NCBI GenBank assembly: GCA_053919585.1
Contig: CM132806.1
Source of the DNA: Euprymna scolopes
Lineage: Eukaryota
Strand: one strand, 5' to 3'
Length of the DNA stretch: 64,000 nt
Each line of letters begins with the position of its first letter. The stretch's first letter is position 1. This document shows positions 12,427-25,889 of the stretch, piece by piece. The notes under the pieces were generated by a model. The model saw only the letters and a list, made by a program, of their open reading frames with translations, was not told the DNA's origin and did not search any database. The translations under genes and the position numbers were made by a program.

Positions 12427-12815
12427 GTACTTTGGGGCAATTACGCCAAATCCGGGGATAATTGTGCCAACAAAAAATGCTCTTTATATGTGTGGTTGCC
12501 AAAAGTGCACTTTTAGCTAGTTGGCGCATTTTTCCTGGACTTACATCCACAAAAAGTTTCGCTGTATCACAGCTCTTGAGTGAAGCTAGATTAGCAACTA
12601 CCTCAAGCCAGAGTTTATACTCGACCGCACAATCGACAGTCAGTGCTCCTGACCTTTACTCTATTGTCTGCTGTTAAGAATGGGCATGCGAAATTACAAT
12701 GATTAAACATCGTTCAAATGACCTAAGCTCGATTGTTTACACAAAGAGCATTGCTGTATACGGTAGTTGAAGTTTTGATTTTCCTCTCCAATATGCGCAA
12801 CCCAAGATAGAGAGC

Positions 12816-12888
<73 letters not shown>

Positions 12889-14036
12889 AGATGTTAGAAG
12901 CAACAACTGTCATCTCGACGGTCGCGTTTCGATCTCGAATTGAGGCAATTGCTTGTCTAGCCACATTGAAGAGAAGTATGATGCAGTAAAACAGTCCGTT
13001 TATGGGTGACTGTATATTGTTCTCTCGGTAAATGTCCGAAAGTCGAGTTTATGAACGAGCAAAAAGGCGAAAAGTACAAATTTAATAGATAATTTTTGGA
13101 GTTTTTTTTTTGTTTGTTTGTTTCTAATTTTATTCAGATCTGTTCTCATTTCTTTCATGTCTTTCTTTCTATTTTTTATTCTTACACGATTGTATTAATA
13201 CTCTTTCAATATTGCTTTTCGATTTTCATGGATTAGAGGACGAAGATGTTCGTTAGACTTCTGTGGATATTTTCGGGAGATTAATATACTAGTACATATT
13301 TGAATATCCGCTCCGAGTAACATGAAAAAAAAAGAAGAATTCTAAAATAGAGATGTTTTTATAATTTCATTTCGCAGCTCAATGTTGCATTGGTAAAATA
13401 TCGTTTGAGATAAGACTGTAAGATTTCGCAGCTGTTGAAGATAAGGGCAAAGTCAAGGGTCAACTTAGTTAGGGGACTGTTATAATTTAAAAGAAGTCAA
13501 CTCCCAGTGAGTTTTTTTTTTTATAGAGTTGATCCGTGACAGCGACGCGGTGAGACCACGAGGAGATACGAACATGGCTGAGTTATAGCCGGCAAGAAAG
13601 GATGCCAAATAAGTGAGAAGGGAAGGCCAACTCGAAAGACGAGCTTCTGTGAATGAGCCGCCAAATGATCGCTTCTAGATTTATTTCCTTTTCTGTCGTT
13701 TTTACTTGCCACATTTTTAAGCTTTTACCTTCACTATTCGTTTACGTTGCGTTTTTTTTCTCACTTTTCATTTGTCTCTTTTTCCATTTTTTTTCTTACT
13801 TTTTCGATTTTTGCCCTCAACCATTCTTCTTTCTAACTTGTTACCCTCAATTTTTGTATATTTTCCTTTGTCTTTCTGTTGTTATTATCTGTCATTGTTC
13901 GAATAATTGTTAACACTCTTTTTGTGGTATTCGCACAGCGTCGGGCATTCCGCTTTTCACTGACAGTTTATGGAGAATACAAATTCCTATGCAGTCCCTA
14001 ATTAGCATGTATATTCCTGTCAAGTTAGGTTAGATG

Positions 14037-14150
14037 GCCTACAGCACCTAGTATTTTCAAATGATAACCCAACTTCAAATGGGCAGGTTCAACGTCGCTT
14101 AACTCCGGTGATCTTACGAGAATTAGTGCGTCAACGGTAGTATGCAATGC
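14037..14150 (-). pseudogene. 5S rRNA-derived copy (pseudogene or SINE3 head)
   Basis: Reverse complement reads catactaccgttgacgcac..ctcgtaagatcaccggagttaagcgacgttga...aatactaggtgctgtaggc, colinear with eukaryotic 5S rRNA but diverged. Confidence 0.75.
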
Positions 14151-14162
14151 TTACTTTTCATA

Positions 14163-15540
14163 TATTAGGTTGGTGCAGAAATTTTTGCTGGTTTGTTGAC
14201 GCGTCATTTTAAACCATTGTAATTTATTTTATGCATATTGTTATTTTTTTTTTTATTTTTATTTTTTTTTTTTTTTACACAGTGATCACCACTTATCAAG
14301 GCCCGGAAGCCACTCAGGGATAAGGGTTATTGCAAGTACATCACGTTAGTGAGGAGATTTTATGAAGTGTTTAATTAGGGGGGCGGTTCATTAGGAATTT
14401 GTTAACATTAGACTTGAAGAAATCCAAGTTGTAGTCCGGAGGGAAGCAGGCAGACGGAACAGAGTTCCACAGGCGTGCAGTTCTAAGAAAGAAGCTTTGC
14501 TAATGAAATCCGCGTTTTGATTTAGGCACAGATATAGAGTGGGGGAAATTTTTCACAGTGGATTCAGCTAGACGGGTGATTTTCGTGAAAGTTTGGCGAG
14601 GGGGGACCAGGGATTGGAGTTCAGACGAGCACCTGCCATGAAAATAACGATAAAACAAGGATAGGCTCGCAACGTCTCTTCTGTGGGAGAGGGGTTGCAG
14701 GGTAGAGAAAAGGGCATCCCCCACTAAACCACGAAGTCTATTTTGTACTCTGTCAAGGCATGATAGGCTGTTTTTGGCAGCTCCTGCCCAGATATGGCAA
14801 CAGTATTCCATCCTTGGCCGTACTTGGATTTTATATAGATAGAGAATTGAATCAGTAGTGAGATATCTTCTGGAGCGGTAGAAGGATCCCACCATCTTTC
14901 CTGCGACCTTGGCAACAGACTTGATGTACGTGTTCCATTTCAGATCAGGAGTAAAGGTCAAACCCAGAAGCTTGTCAAAACACGGGGCCTCACCCAGACG
15001 AGAGCCATCAATCACAATTGAGTCCAGCTGGGGATCAGAGCGTTGATGATGTAAGGATAGGAGTTTGGTTTTAGATGTTATTACTTAAACATGATTAATT
15101 TATAACTTTTTCCTATTATTAAAGTATCCCGCAGGATTTCTGCACTATTCTCACCCATGTTGACCGGAAAATGTCCCTCTTTTGTAAAAAGAAAGAGAGA
15201 CATCTTTCATCATGATAATGCTTGTCCTCACACAACACTACTGAAAAAAAGTTCTACAATAAATTTTCTTGGAAAGTCTTGCCCTATCAGGCACATTCTC
15301 CTGGCCTAGCTATCTCGAATTATCAATTATTTCATGGATTACAAAACCAAGGAAGATGGACTTAGGTTAACATGACAAGAGGGCATTGAACGTGAGTTAG
15401 ATTAATATTTCACATCCAAACCTTAAAAATGTCGAAGCTTGTTGAGAAATGGAATCAACTTATAAAGAACAGAGGTTATTATTGTGTAGTTTGGTTGCAT
15501 TAGTTTGCATATCAATTAATTAACAACAGAAAAAACATTA
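14163..15540 (+). mobile_element. mariner (DD34D) relic interrupted by a LINE fragment
   Basis: Left TIR tattaggttggtgca at 14163. Plus strand about 15200-15335 reads IFHHDNACPH...KVLPYQAHSPGLAISNYQLF (degenerate HDNARPH / YSPDLAPSDY). Confidence 0.65.
14277..15078 (-). mobile_element. CR1-group LINE 3' end (5'-truncated)
   Basis: ORF 14500-15015 has LGLTFTPDLKW...VRPRMEYCCHIWAGA...LSHRRDVASLSLFYRY. The family 3' tail is followed by an A-rich tract. Confidence 0.9.
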
Positions 15541-15679
15541 TAAATAGACCGAAGGCGAGAGAACAAGGAGTCGTCCTAGCACAAATGACACAAGACGTGG
15601 TAAAAAGTCGTACTATGCTGGTAATTGTTTTCCTAATTAGACCACAAGCTATTTCGGCAATAGAAGGAAGGGGTTAACA

Positions 15680-16277
15680 GATACGATTATGTTGGAATTT
15701 ATGAAAAGAGTCGTTGTTGTTAAATAGAAAACTTAAAATAGAATCTGGTAAGATTTTGTAAAAAGAGGCGTCGTTGTTAAATGGAGAATATACGATTCGG
15801 TTAGATTTAAAGAAACGAGTCGCTGCTGTCAAATAGAGAAATTAAAATACGATGCCGTAAGGTTTTATGAAAAGAGTCGTCGCTGTTGACTGAAAAAAAA
15901 ATAATATACGATTTGGTTCGATTTCTATGAAAAGAATTATTGCAGGAAAATTAAAGAATTAAAATACGATTCGGTTAGATTTTATGAAAAGGGTCGTCGT
16001 TTTTAAATGTACGAATTAAAACACGATTTTATTTGATTTTATTAAAAGAGTCGTGCTGTTAAACGGAGAATTAATATACGATTCGGTTGAATTCACAGAA
16101 AAGTGTCGTGGCTGTTAAATGAAAAAAATAAAATACGATTCCGTTGTATTTTATTAAAAGTATCGTCGCTGTTAAATGGAGAACTTGATATACGATTTGG
16201 TCAGAATTTATGAAAAGAGTCGTTCCTTGTTAAATGAAGAAATTAAATACGATTGGTAGGATTTTATGAAAAGATCG
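15680..16277. repeat. Minisatellite, about 57-bp unit, about 10 copies
   Basis: Recurring tacgattcggttagattttatgaaaagagtcgtcgctgttaaatggagaattaaaa. Unit starts at 15965, 16022, 16077, 16134, 16191 and 16248. Confidence 0.9.
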
Positions 16278-16289
16278 TTTTGGTACCTA

Positions 16290-16550
16290 ATCGAGTAGTG
16301 AGTTCTAATCGTGTCTATCCGATAATTGAGTGCTAACCGTGTCTAGTTGAGTGTCTCGTCGAGTGGTGAGTGCTAGTCCTGTCTAGTCGAATAGTGCATG
16401 TTATACGTTCCTAGCCGAGTAGTGAGTGCTAGCCGTGTCTAGAACTTTAGTGAGTGCTAGCTGTATCTTGCCGTGTAGTGAATTTTAGCTGTGTCTAGCC
16501 GTGTAGTGAGCGCTAGATGTGTCTAGCCGTGTCATATGGACTAGCTGTGC
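16290..16550. repeat. Minisatellite, about 28-bp unit, about 9 copies
   Basis: Recurring gagtagtgagtgctagccgtgtctagcc. Confidence 0.85.
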
Positions 16551-16559
16551 CTGGAAGCT

Positions 16560-17190
16560 CTGGGCATAGGTTTATGCGAGATTATCTTTAAGGATCATAT
16601 AGGCGTGCAGTTTGATATGCATTAATTTGAATATCAATGAATTAGCAACCCTAAGAAGACATAATAAAAAGACCGATACAGGAGAAAAAACTCCTGGGAA
16701 CATATACCCGAACGAACAGTTGGGAATGACAACTACACTATTCACTATGACTATATAATCCCTACTGCTACATATCTTGAAAACGCAGCTGTTAAACCAG
16801 ATATAGTGATTTGGGACAGAGCAAACAAAAAAGCGACCGTAATAGAGGTCAGTGTACCCAATGATACAGGGCTTAACAGAGTTGAGAGGGAAAAGATAAC
16901 AAAGTATCAAGGACTTATGTATGATATGAAACGAAATTGGAAATTAAAAGACGTTTCAATTATACCAGTCATCATAGGAGCAACTGGGCTTATGATAAAG
17001 AACTTTAAAAAGTACATAGCAAGCATACCCGGTGAACCAAGTACAAGTGAAATACAAACGATTGCACTGAAAGGGACGGCTAGAATCCTGAAAAGATCTC
17101 TTGGTTGGACTCACTAAAATAGGGGTAAATGTCAGACATCTGGTTGGATGTCCCATCCCCTAGAAGAAAAAGTTTAAGAAAAATGAAAAA
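16560..17190 (+). mobile_element. RLE-type (R4/NeSL-like) non-LTR retrotransposon 3' end
   Basis: Frame reads ENAAVKPDIVIWD...VIEVSVPND...EREKITKY...IIPVIIGATG, a PD-(D/E)xK restriction-like endonuclease C-terminus. Stop at 17117, A-rich tract after. Confidence 0.85.
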
Positions 17191-17911
17191 AAAAAAAAAA
17201 GAGAAAAAAAGGGACATTTTTGTACGAATGATACGAGATGTGGTAAAAGTCGTGAGTATGCTGGCAATGTTTTGTTGTTTTTTAGAATTGGACCACATTG
17301 TTATTAATAAGTCTTTTCCAAAATACAGATTTCTTATTTTCAAGATGAAATTTTAAATCAGAAAAATCTTTTTGCACAGATCGGATATTTAAGTTCTTCG
17401 TTCTTTCTTGTGTACATTTCTTCTCGTCTTTTCCCTCTCTTTCTTTACATCGTAATGTCTGCCTTGTTTTACCTTATTCTCATCGATTTTCTTGTTTTCC
17501 TACTCTTGTGTATTCTTTTCGTTTCATTTGTTTTTTCCATTCCATTTTTCACTTCTGCCAATAATTTGTTTTATTGTATATTCGATAAGATGTTTGTTTT
17601 CTTTTTTACAGCCAGACAAGATTAAAACTGATTCAGACCAAAAATACATTCGAGATTTGTATTGTCTATAACTCAATTTTTGACGCCAACAAATGAATAT
17701 TCCGAAGCTGCTAAAATATAATTTTTCATGAATATGTAATCGCACCAGAGAGATTTCGTCTTTCTTATACGTCTATACGATGTAGTGTATTTAACGTGCA
17801 AATTTAAAGAATATAAAAACGTTACATTTCATTACCAAACAGTATGAGTATCATTCTCTATCTGATAGTAGATAATTACTAAAATATCAAGAATTATACC
17901 GTTTCTATTGA

Positions 17912-18180
17912 TTGGTTGGTTGTTTTTGTTTTACGGCATATCAATCTTTTTCAGGTTATCTAATGCCGAATCTAGTTATTTTGATGAACGATTTTTAATG
18001 GAGTATTTTTTTTTAAGTCGGATTCTATTTAACCCATAGTTGTGACCTTAACAGGTACTACCACTCCGTGTCAGAGTGGACCTGGGAGCAATGGCAATTA
18101 AAGGGTGGCTCCGCACTCCCCAAGGCCCGCAAGGTGGGGCCTCACCATCGGATATAGTTTTAGGTCATATCCAGGACACG
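17912..18180 (-). mobile_element. SINE-like dispersed repeat with GC-rich body
   Basis: A GC-rich body (ccactccgtgtcagagtgg...) interrupts the 39-bp satellite monomers. Its tail (ggcattagataacc...atatgccgtaaaac) recurs at about 36090-36148 and 38158-38225. Confidence 0.55.
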
Positions 18181-18231
18181 TTTCTATTGACAATTATTAA
18201 ATTACCAAGAATTATACCATTTTTTAATTTT

Positions 18232-19320
18232 TTACAAAGGCGTCACCACTTAAATTTGTTAACTTAAGTGGAATGGCACATCAAGAACTTGTTTACGTTA
18301 GACTTGAAGACAATCAGATTGTAGTCTGCTGGGAAGCAGGCAAACGGAAGACAATTTCACATGCGTGCAGTTCTAAGAACGAAGCTTTGTTCGTGGAATC
18401 TACGTTTAGGTTTAGGCACAGATAAAGTGTGGGGAAAATTATTGATAGTGTTTTCAACTAGACGAGTGTTTCTCGTGAAAGTTTGGCGAGGGAGGGGGCA
18501 TAGATTGGCGCCCAGACGAGCACTTGCCATGAAAATCACAATAAAGCAGAGACAAACTCGCAACATCTTCTTCTGTGAGAAAGAGGTCGCGGGAAAGAGA
18601 AAAGGGTATCCTCTACGAGGCTACGAAGTCCATTTTGAACTCCATCAAGGCAGAGTGATTCCTTTCTAGCAGCTTCTGCCCAGATGTGGCAACATTACAC
18701 TACCCTGGGACTCTTATATGGATAGAGAATTGCATCCGCAGTGAGATATCTACTGGATTGATAGAAGGATCCCACAATTTGTTCAGTGGCCTTGGCAAAG
18801 GATTTGATGTGTATGTTCCATTTTCAGATCAGGAGCCTAGAAGATTGTCAAAACATGGAGGCTCCCCAAGACGAGAGCCATTCATTTCAATTGATGCCAG
18901 ATGGGGACTAGGGCGTTGATGATGCAAAGATAAAAGCTTGATTTTAAATGCATTAAATGTAACCAGCCACCTCTTTCCCCATTGTACCCCATGTTCAAGT
19001 TCAGCAGAGAGAGAATCAGAGAGAACTTGGTTGTTTACGGACTCTGATGTGCTATCATATATGGATGTATCATCAGCATAAATGTCTACGAATGGTGTAA
19101 AGGTGTGATTTTGAAGATCATTAATGTACACCAGGAAGATAATACCCTATCAAAAGCCTTTGATAAGTCAAGAGCGATTGCCCTAGCCAGGTAGACTCCG
19201 ACGACAGATTCGCCGATCCTGTGAAGTATGACTGTAAGCACACCTGCTGTAGTTCGAGCAGTGTGAAAACCATATTGCATGTCACTAAGACGATTATTTT
19301 TGCAATTGATTTTTACCAAT
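18232..19320 (-). mobile_element. CR1-group LINE RT/3' fragment
   Basis: QYGF, ALDLSKAFDRV, YINDL and IYADDTSIY motifs. Same family as 14277-15078. Confidence 0.9.
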
Positions 19321-22300
19321 TGATTATTACTCAAATATAAAATTTCTATTGATAATTACTTTAATATCAAGAATTATACTGTTTCTATTGATAAATACTT
19401 TAAAATCAAGAATTATACTGTTTCTATTGATTATTACTTTGAAATCAGGAATTATACTGTTTCTATTGATTATTACTTTAATATCAAGAATTATACTGTT
19501 TCTATTAATAATTACTAAAATATCAAGAATTATACTGTTTCTGTTGATAATTACTAAAATACCAAAAATTATACCGTTTTTATTGATTATTACTTTAATA
19601 TCAAGAATTATACTGTTTCTATTAATAATTACTAAAATATCAAGAATTATACTGTTTCTATTGATTATTACTGAAATACCAAGAATTATACTGTTTCTAT
19701 TGATTATTACTTTAATATCAAGAATTATACTGTTTCCATTAATAATTGTTAAAATATCAAGAATTATATTGTTTCTATTGATTATTACTTTAATATCAAG
19801 AATTATACTGTTTCTATTAATAATTACTAAAATATCAAGAATTATACTGTTTCTGTTGATAATTACTAAAATACCAAAAATTATACCGTTTTTATTGATT
19901 ATTACTTTAATATCAAGAATTATACTGTTTCTATTAATAATTACTAAAATATCAAGAATTATACTGTTTCTATTGATTATTACTGAAATACCAAGAATTA
20001 TACTGTTTCTATTGATTATTACTTTAATATAAAAAATTATACTGTTTCTATTAATAATTACTAAAATATCAAGAATTATACTGTTTCTGTTGATAATTAC
20101 TAAAATACCAAATATTATACCGTTTTTATTGATTATTACTTTAATATCAAGAATTATACTGTTTCTATTAATAATTACTAAAATATCAAAAATTATACTG
20201 TTTCTGTTGATAATTACTAAAATACCAAAAATTATACCGTTTTTATTGATTATTACTTTAATATCAAGAATTATACTGTTTCTATTAATAATTACTAAAA
20301 TATCAAGAATTATACTGTTTCTATTGATTATTACTGAAATACCAAGAATTATACTGTTTCTATTTATTATTACTTTAATATCAAGAATTATACTGTTTCC
20401 ATTAATAATTGTTAAAATATCAAGAATTATATTGTTTCTATTGATTATTACTTTAATATCAAGAATTATACTGTTTCTATTAATAATTACTAAAATATCA
20501 AGAATTATACCGTTTCTATTGATAATTACTAAAATACCAAAAATTATACCGTTTTTATTGATTATTACTTTAATATCAAGAATTATACTGTTTCTATTAA
20601 TAATTACTAAAATATCAAGAATTATACTGTTTCTATTGATTATTACTGAAATACCAAGAATTATACTGTTTCTATTGATTATTACTTTAATATCAAAAAT
20701 TATACTGTTTCTATTAATAATTACTAAAATATCAAGAATTATACTGTTTCTGTTGATAATTACTAAAATACCAAAAATTATACCGTTTTTATTGATTATT
20801 ACTTTAATATCAAGAATTATACTGTTTCTATTAATAATTACTAAAATATCAAGAATTATACTGTTTCTATTGATTATTACTGAAATACCAAGAATTATAC
20901 TGTTTCTATTGATTATTACTTTAATATCAAGAATTATACTGTTTCCATTAATAATTGTTAAAATATCAAGAATTATATTGTTTCTATTGATTATTACTTT
21001 AATATCAAGAATTATACTGTTTCTATTAATAATTACTAAAATATCAAGAATTATACTGTTTCTGTTGATAATTACTAAAATACCAAAAATTATACCGTTT
21101 TTATTGATTATTACTTTAATATCAAGAATTATACTGTTTCTATTAATAATTACTAAAATATCAAGAATTATACCGTTTCTATTGATAATTACTAAAATAC
21201 CAAGAATTATACCGTTTCTATTGATAATTACTTTAATATCAAGAATTATACTGTTTCTATTGATAATTACTAAAATACCAAGAATTATACCGTTTCTATT
21301 GATAATTACTTTAATATCAAGAATTATACTGTTTCTATTGATAATTACTAAAATACCAAGAATTATACCGTTTCTATTGATTATTACTTTAATATCAAGA
21401 ATTATACTGTTTCTATTGATAATTACTGAAATACCAAGAATTATACCGTTTCTATTGATTATTACTTTAATATCAAGAATTATACTGTTTCTATTGATTA
21501 TTACTGAAATACCAAGAATTATACTGTTTCTATTGATTATTACTTTAATATCAAGAATTATACTGTTTCGATTAATAATTACTAAAATATCAAGAATTAT
21601 ACCGTTTCTATTGATAATTACTAAAATACCAAGAATTATACCGTTTCTATTGATAATTACTTTAATATCAAGAATTATACTGTTTCTATTGATAATTACT
21701 AAAATACCAAGAATTATACCGTTTCTATTGATAATTACTTTAATATCAAGAATTATACTGTTTCTATTGATAATTACTAAAATACCAAGAATTATACCGT
21801 TTCTATTGATTATTACTTTAATATAAAAAATTATACGGTTTCTATCAATAATTACAAAAATATCAGAATTATACCGTTTCTATTGATTACTATTGAAATA
21901 CCCAGAATTATACAGTTTCTATTGATTATTACTGACATACGAAGAATTATACGGTTTCTATAGATTATTACTTAAATACGAAGAATTATACCGTTTCTAT
22001 TGATTATTTCTTTAATATCAAGGATTATACTGTTTCTATTAATAATTACAAAAATATCAGAATTATACCGTTTCTATTGATTACTATTTAAACACCCAGA
22101 ATTATACCGTTTCTATTGATTACTACTTAAATACCAAGAATTATACCGTTTCTATTGATAATTACTAAAATATCAATAATTATACCGTTTCTATGTATTA
22201 TTACTTAAATATCAAGAGTTGTATCGTTTGTATTAATTATTATTAAAATACAAAGATTCGTACCGTTTCTATTGATTACTACTTAAATACCAAGAATTAT

Positions 22301-22400
22301 ACCATTTCTAGTGATTATTACTTAAATATCAAGAATTATACCATTTCTAGTTATTATTACTTGAATATCAAGAATTATACCGTTTCTACTGAGGATATTA
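19321..22400. repeat. 39-bp satellite array (about 78 monomers) with higher-order structure
   Basis: Consensus ttgataattactttaatatcaagaattatactgtttcta. Homogeneous centre, degenerate edges, and stray monomers at about 17870-17912 and 18181-18220. Confidence 0.97.
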
Positions 22401-22406
22401 AACATA

Positions 22407-22949
22407 AGAGAGGCGTTCCAAAAGTAAGGCCTTCGATTTTCTTACTAAAAAACTAAAACGTTGAACAGCTACGAAGACAGGTGTAGTACCTTTAGAACGA
22501 GCGACCTTTTGTGTAACAGATTTTTTTTTACAGAGTCACCACCATCCGTAATGCATTTTTTGCTAGCAATGACGATGCCTCGATAGTAAAAGTCCAGGTC
22601 GTGCTTTGTCACTCACCTTTCTGTCACCACTCTGAGATCAAACAACCCAGCTCCTAACTGTGCTAATGTTTAATGCATCGGTTTCGTAAACATTCAATAG
22701 CCGTCGGTGAATGTTGATCGCCTCAATTTTTATTCTACGTGTGGGGATTCAATGACGTATATCTACTTCCGGCGCATGTCCATGGCAGAGACTGCTTTCT
22801 CAAAGTCTCACACCGCCAGTATCTGCAACAGAGTGATGAAACTTGCAAGTCACGAATGCATAAGGTTAGTCTTTATAATAAAACCATTTACAACCACCTC
22901 TAATTCGTTCGGGCGGAATAAAACATAGGATCCAATACTTTTGAAACGT
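22407..22949 (-). mobile_element. mariner-derived non-autonomous element (family also at 24047, 55341, 57190)
   Basis: Terminus gaggcgttccaaaagtaag. Body is reverse-complement similar to 24047-24562. Confidence 0.6.
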
Positions 22950-24046
22950 AGAATCTATGTGAGAAATATAGCTAGTTGGCACGATCGGTTCGTTGAAATG
23001 TCAAAGTGATGCTATCTTGTGAATAAATTTCTTAAAGTTATTTTATCATTAATAAATCAGTTCAGTGCAGTTTTTTTTTTATCTAATACATAAATGATTT
23101 CCCTGTTAAAATATTTATGTTTTACTGTTTGAATTATTTCAGATAAGAATTGATAATGTGTATGATTTGGATCATTTGGACACCTGTTTTCATTTTGGTT
23201 GTTGTTCTCACAAGATTTCGGCTTATCTAACTTTCTTTAGTAGTAAGTGACACTTTATTTTTTTTTTTTTTTTGGGGGGGGTAAGTTTCAAACCTCAGTG
23301 CAAGCGATACTCACAATATAATTGCGATTTATTTCTATCCGGTAATGACTAACGGAACGAGAGCAAACTACCCTCCGTGAATTAAATAAAAAGATTCCGT
23401 TCATATTCCCAAATTCGATAGCAAGACTCCAGGGTTTTACAAAAAGATTCTCGAATTCGACAAGATGCACCAGAAAATAGTCAGGCAATAAAATTAAAGA
23501 TAAGCCCCAAATTCTATGGCTCTCCGACTGATGCCTTGAATTTTAGGAGAAAAATAAAAATTAGCCCCAAAAGGCGTGTTTTTCACTCCTAAAACACCCT
23601 TGGGCTCAAGTCCCAGAATTTTCCCAGGGGCAAATATTACGTTTTGCTTTTGGGTAATTTTCAGCAAAATGTAATGGTCGGAAAAGATTCTATGTCGCGG
23701 AAAGTACTATTTTTTTGCCATTTTGACACCTTTTGACCCCCTGGGGACGCAACTAGAATTTTTATCAAAAATCCAAGAATGTTACATTTCCTCCTTCATG
23801 CAAAATTAAAAAAAAATGTAATTAGTTATTAAGAATTTACGAAACGGACGAACGGGCGAGGTTGAAGTCTAAGGTCCAAATCCTACTAAGTCGGTGGACC
23901 AATAAAAATAGTAGTCTGATTAATCGAAACAAACAAACGATCTAATGAAAAGTTCACAATAATAAAAAACAACAGCACAAAACTATTTATGAAGTTTAAT
24001 CCTGTTCTCAATAACAGACACACATAGATAACTATTTATTTTTATC

Positions 24047-24562
24047 TACGAGGGACGTTCCAAAAGTAATCCCGCCTATTTTCAACTCCGCCCTAATCGA
24101 TCAGAGGGGATTGCAAATTGCATTGCTACGATAACTGAACTTATACATTGATCACCTGAAATTTTCACATCTCTTTTACAGATATTGACGGTGTACATCA
24201 GAAGCAGAGGTAGGTCATTGAATTCCTTACAAAACTGCATAGAAACATAAATTCTAGAGCAAAAAGGTCGCTCGTTTTAATGGTACCATACCCGTCTTCG
24301 CCACTCATTAATTTTTAAGTTATAAAAATAAGACGCTTTACTTTTGGTACAATTCTTGTATAACAAAGTGCGCTCCGGGTGGCCATGCACAGCCAGCGTT
24401 CATCACTGGCAAAAGTGTATTGAGAATGTGGTGACAATGTAGAAAAATAATTCTGGTGTACAAATTGCCGCTTGTTTCAATGGTATCACTTGCATCTTCG
24501 TAGCGCTTGAACGTAATGAGTTAAAAAAACTAAAAGGATCGACTTTTTGACCTACCCCGGTA
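24047..24562 (+). mobile_element. mariner-derived non-autonomous element
   Basis: Left end TA-cgagggacgttccaaaagtaa. ggattgcaaattgcattg is shared with about 55398 and with about 57465(-). Confidence 0.7.
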
Positions 24563-25215
24563 TATATTTTAAAATGTTATAAGACAAGGAATGTCAAACA
24601 CAAGAGATAACAAAATTTGACGTTAGAGTGATATCATGTAAGGAGAAATAGCAATAATGTTCCACATTATGTAGATGGGCGATTTAGCTTGTTATAAAGA
24701 AGAACTGAATTGAAGAATGAGACCGGGGTATAAATGCAATTGTAAAGAGAAGCATTAATCGCTCGATATGAGATAAAACAAATCATAATGTGTTTGTGTC
24801 TGGGCGGACAGCAGGAATCATTCATTCGCAATGATATCATCAATTGACAATGAATAACCCTCATAAATGTGTTTGCATAAGACGAATGGATGGAGAAGAA
24901 AAAAATGTTAAGTAAAAATGAGTTCAGAGATGCGAAGCTGTTATTACACGCGGAACATTAGAGGTAACTAACTTTAAATATTGAAGACAGAAGCAACAAG
25001 CATGTAACGCCGATATCCATCAGGTGACCACTTAAAAGAAAATGATAAAATCATAAGGAGATATGATGCTTGTCCTTCATCCCTCTCATTCTTTCTCTAT
25101 ATCTCTTTCTCTCTTCCTCTCTTTCTCCATCCCTCCCCGTTTCTCTCTCTCTTCCTCTTTCTCTATTCTCTCTCTCTCTCTCTCTACATACATACATATT
25201 AAAAATACATATATA

Positions 25216-25889
25216 CTTGCTGGGAGATCTGACATTGCCCGGGATTAAAAAATGATCGACGAATGTTCCACACCTTCAATACTTTTACTGTCGTCGAAAT
25301 CAGTGAAATCGCCCATTTTTCAATCAAATCGATCGATTACTTGATTTACTTGGGAACCCACCGCAATGTATGGGGAGGATGATTTACATGCTTCTTGACA
25401 GTGACTTACTCCACAATAAATTGTAGTTCACATTGCACTGTAGGGAACCTACTGTTGACTTTATAAACTCATCTTATATAATAGCCTGAATTTAATTTTA
25501 AAATGCCAAAAGTCAAGTATTATGGTGTAATTGTGCTCTAAACACAATCATTTATTTCGAACGCGCGTCTGTTTTATCAAAGAACCTACTGTTGATTTTA
25601 TACGCCTGGCCTATCTTCTTGGGTGTTGATAAGAATTCTCAAATGCACGTTTCATTTTAGGCCGTATAAAGGTGTTTACTTTAGTCAAAATCAAAATGTT
25701 CCTTCTTTAATCGAATGTGTTCGATTATAAATTTTCGATACTTATCAAAGGTATTCCGATACAAAACCTATCTAAAAACATTCCCAAACACATAAAATAC
25801 ATGTGTATGAAATTTAAAAAAAAATGGCCCAGTCGTTTCGGAGTTCATAGGGAATAAACCGACATAGACGTGTATGTATTGCAGAAGAT
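25216..25889 (-). mobile_element. Non-autonomous Helitron-like element (degenerate)
   Basis: Left end tacttgc...cattgcccggga resembles the hairpin/CTAG end at 58674. Right end ...agaagat matches 59345-59350. Confidence 0.4.

Noticed and set aside
19349-21826. 227-aa and 578-aa ORFs as membrane-protein genes
   Set aside because: They are translations of a 39-bp (13-codon) satellite, start at TTG inside the repeat, and contain no unique sequence.
19321-22400. CRISPR-like array
   Set aside because: Monomers are contiguous with no unique spacers, there are no cas genes, and the context is eukaryotic. The same applies to 15680-16550.
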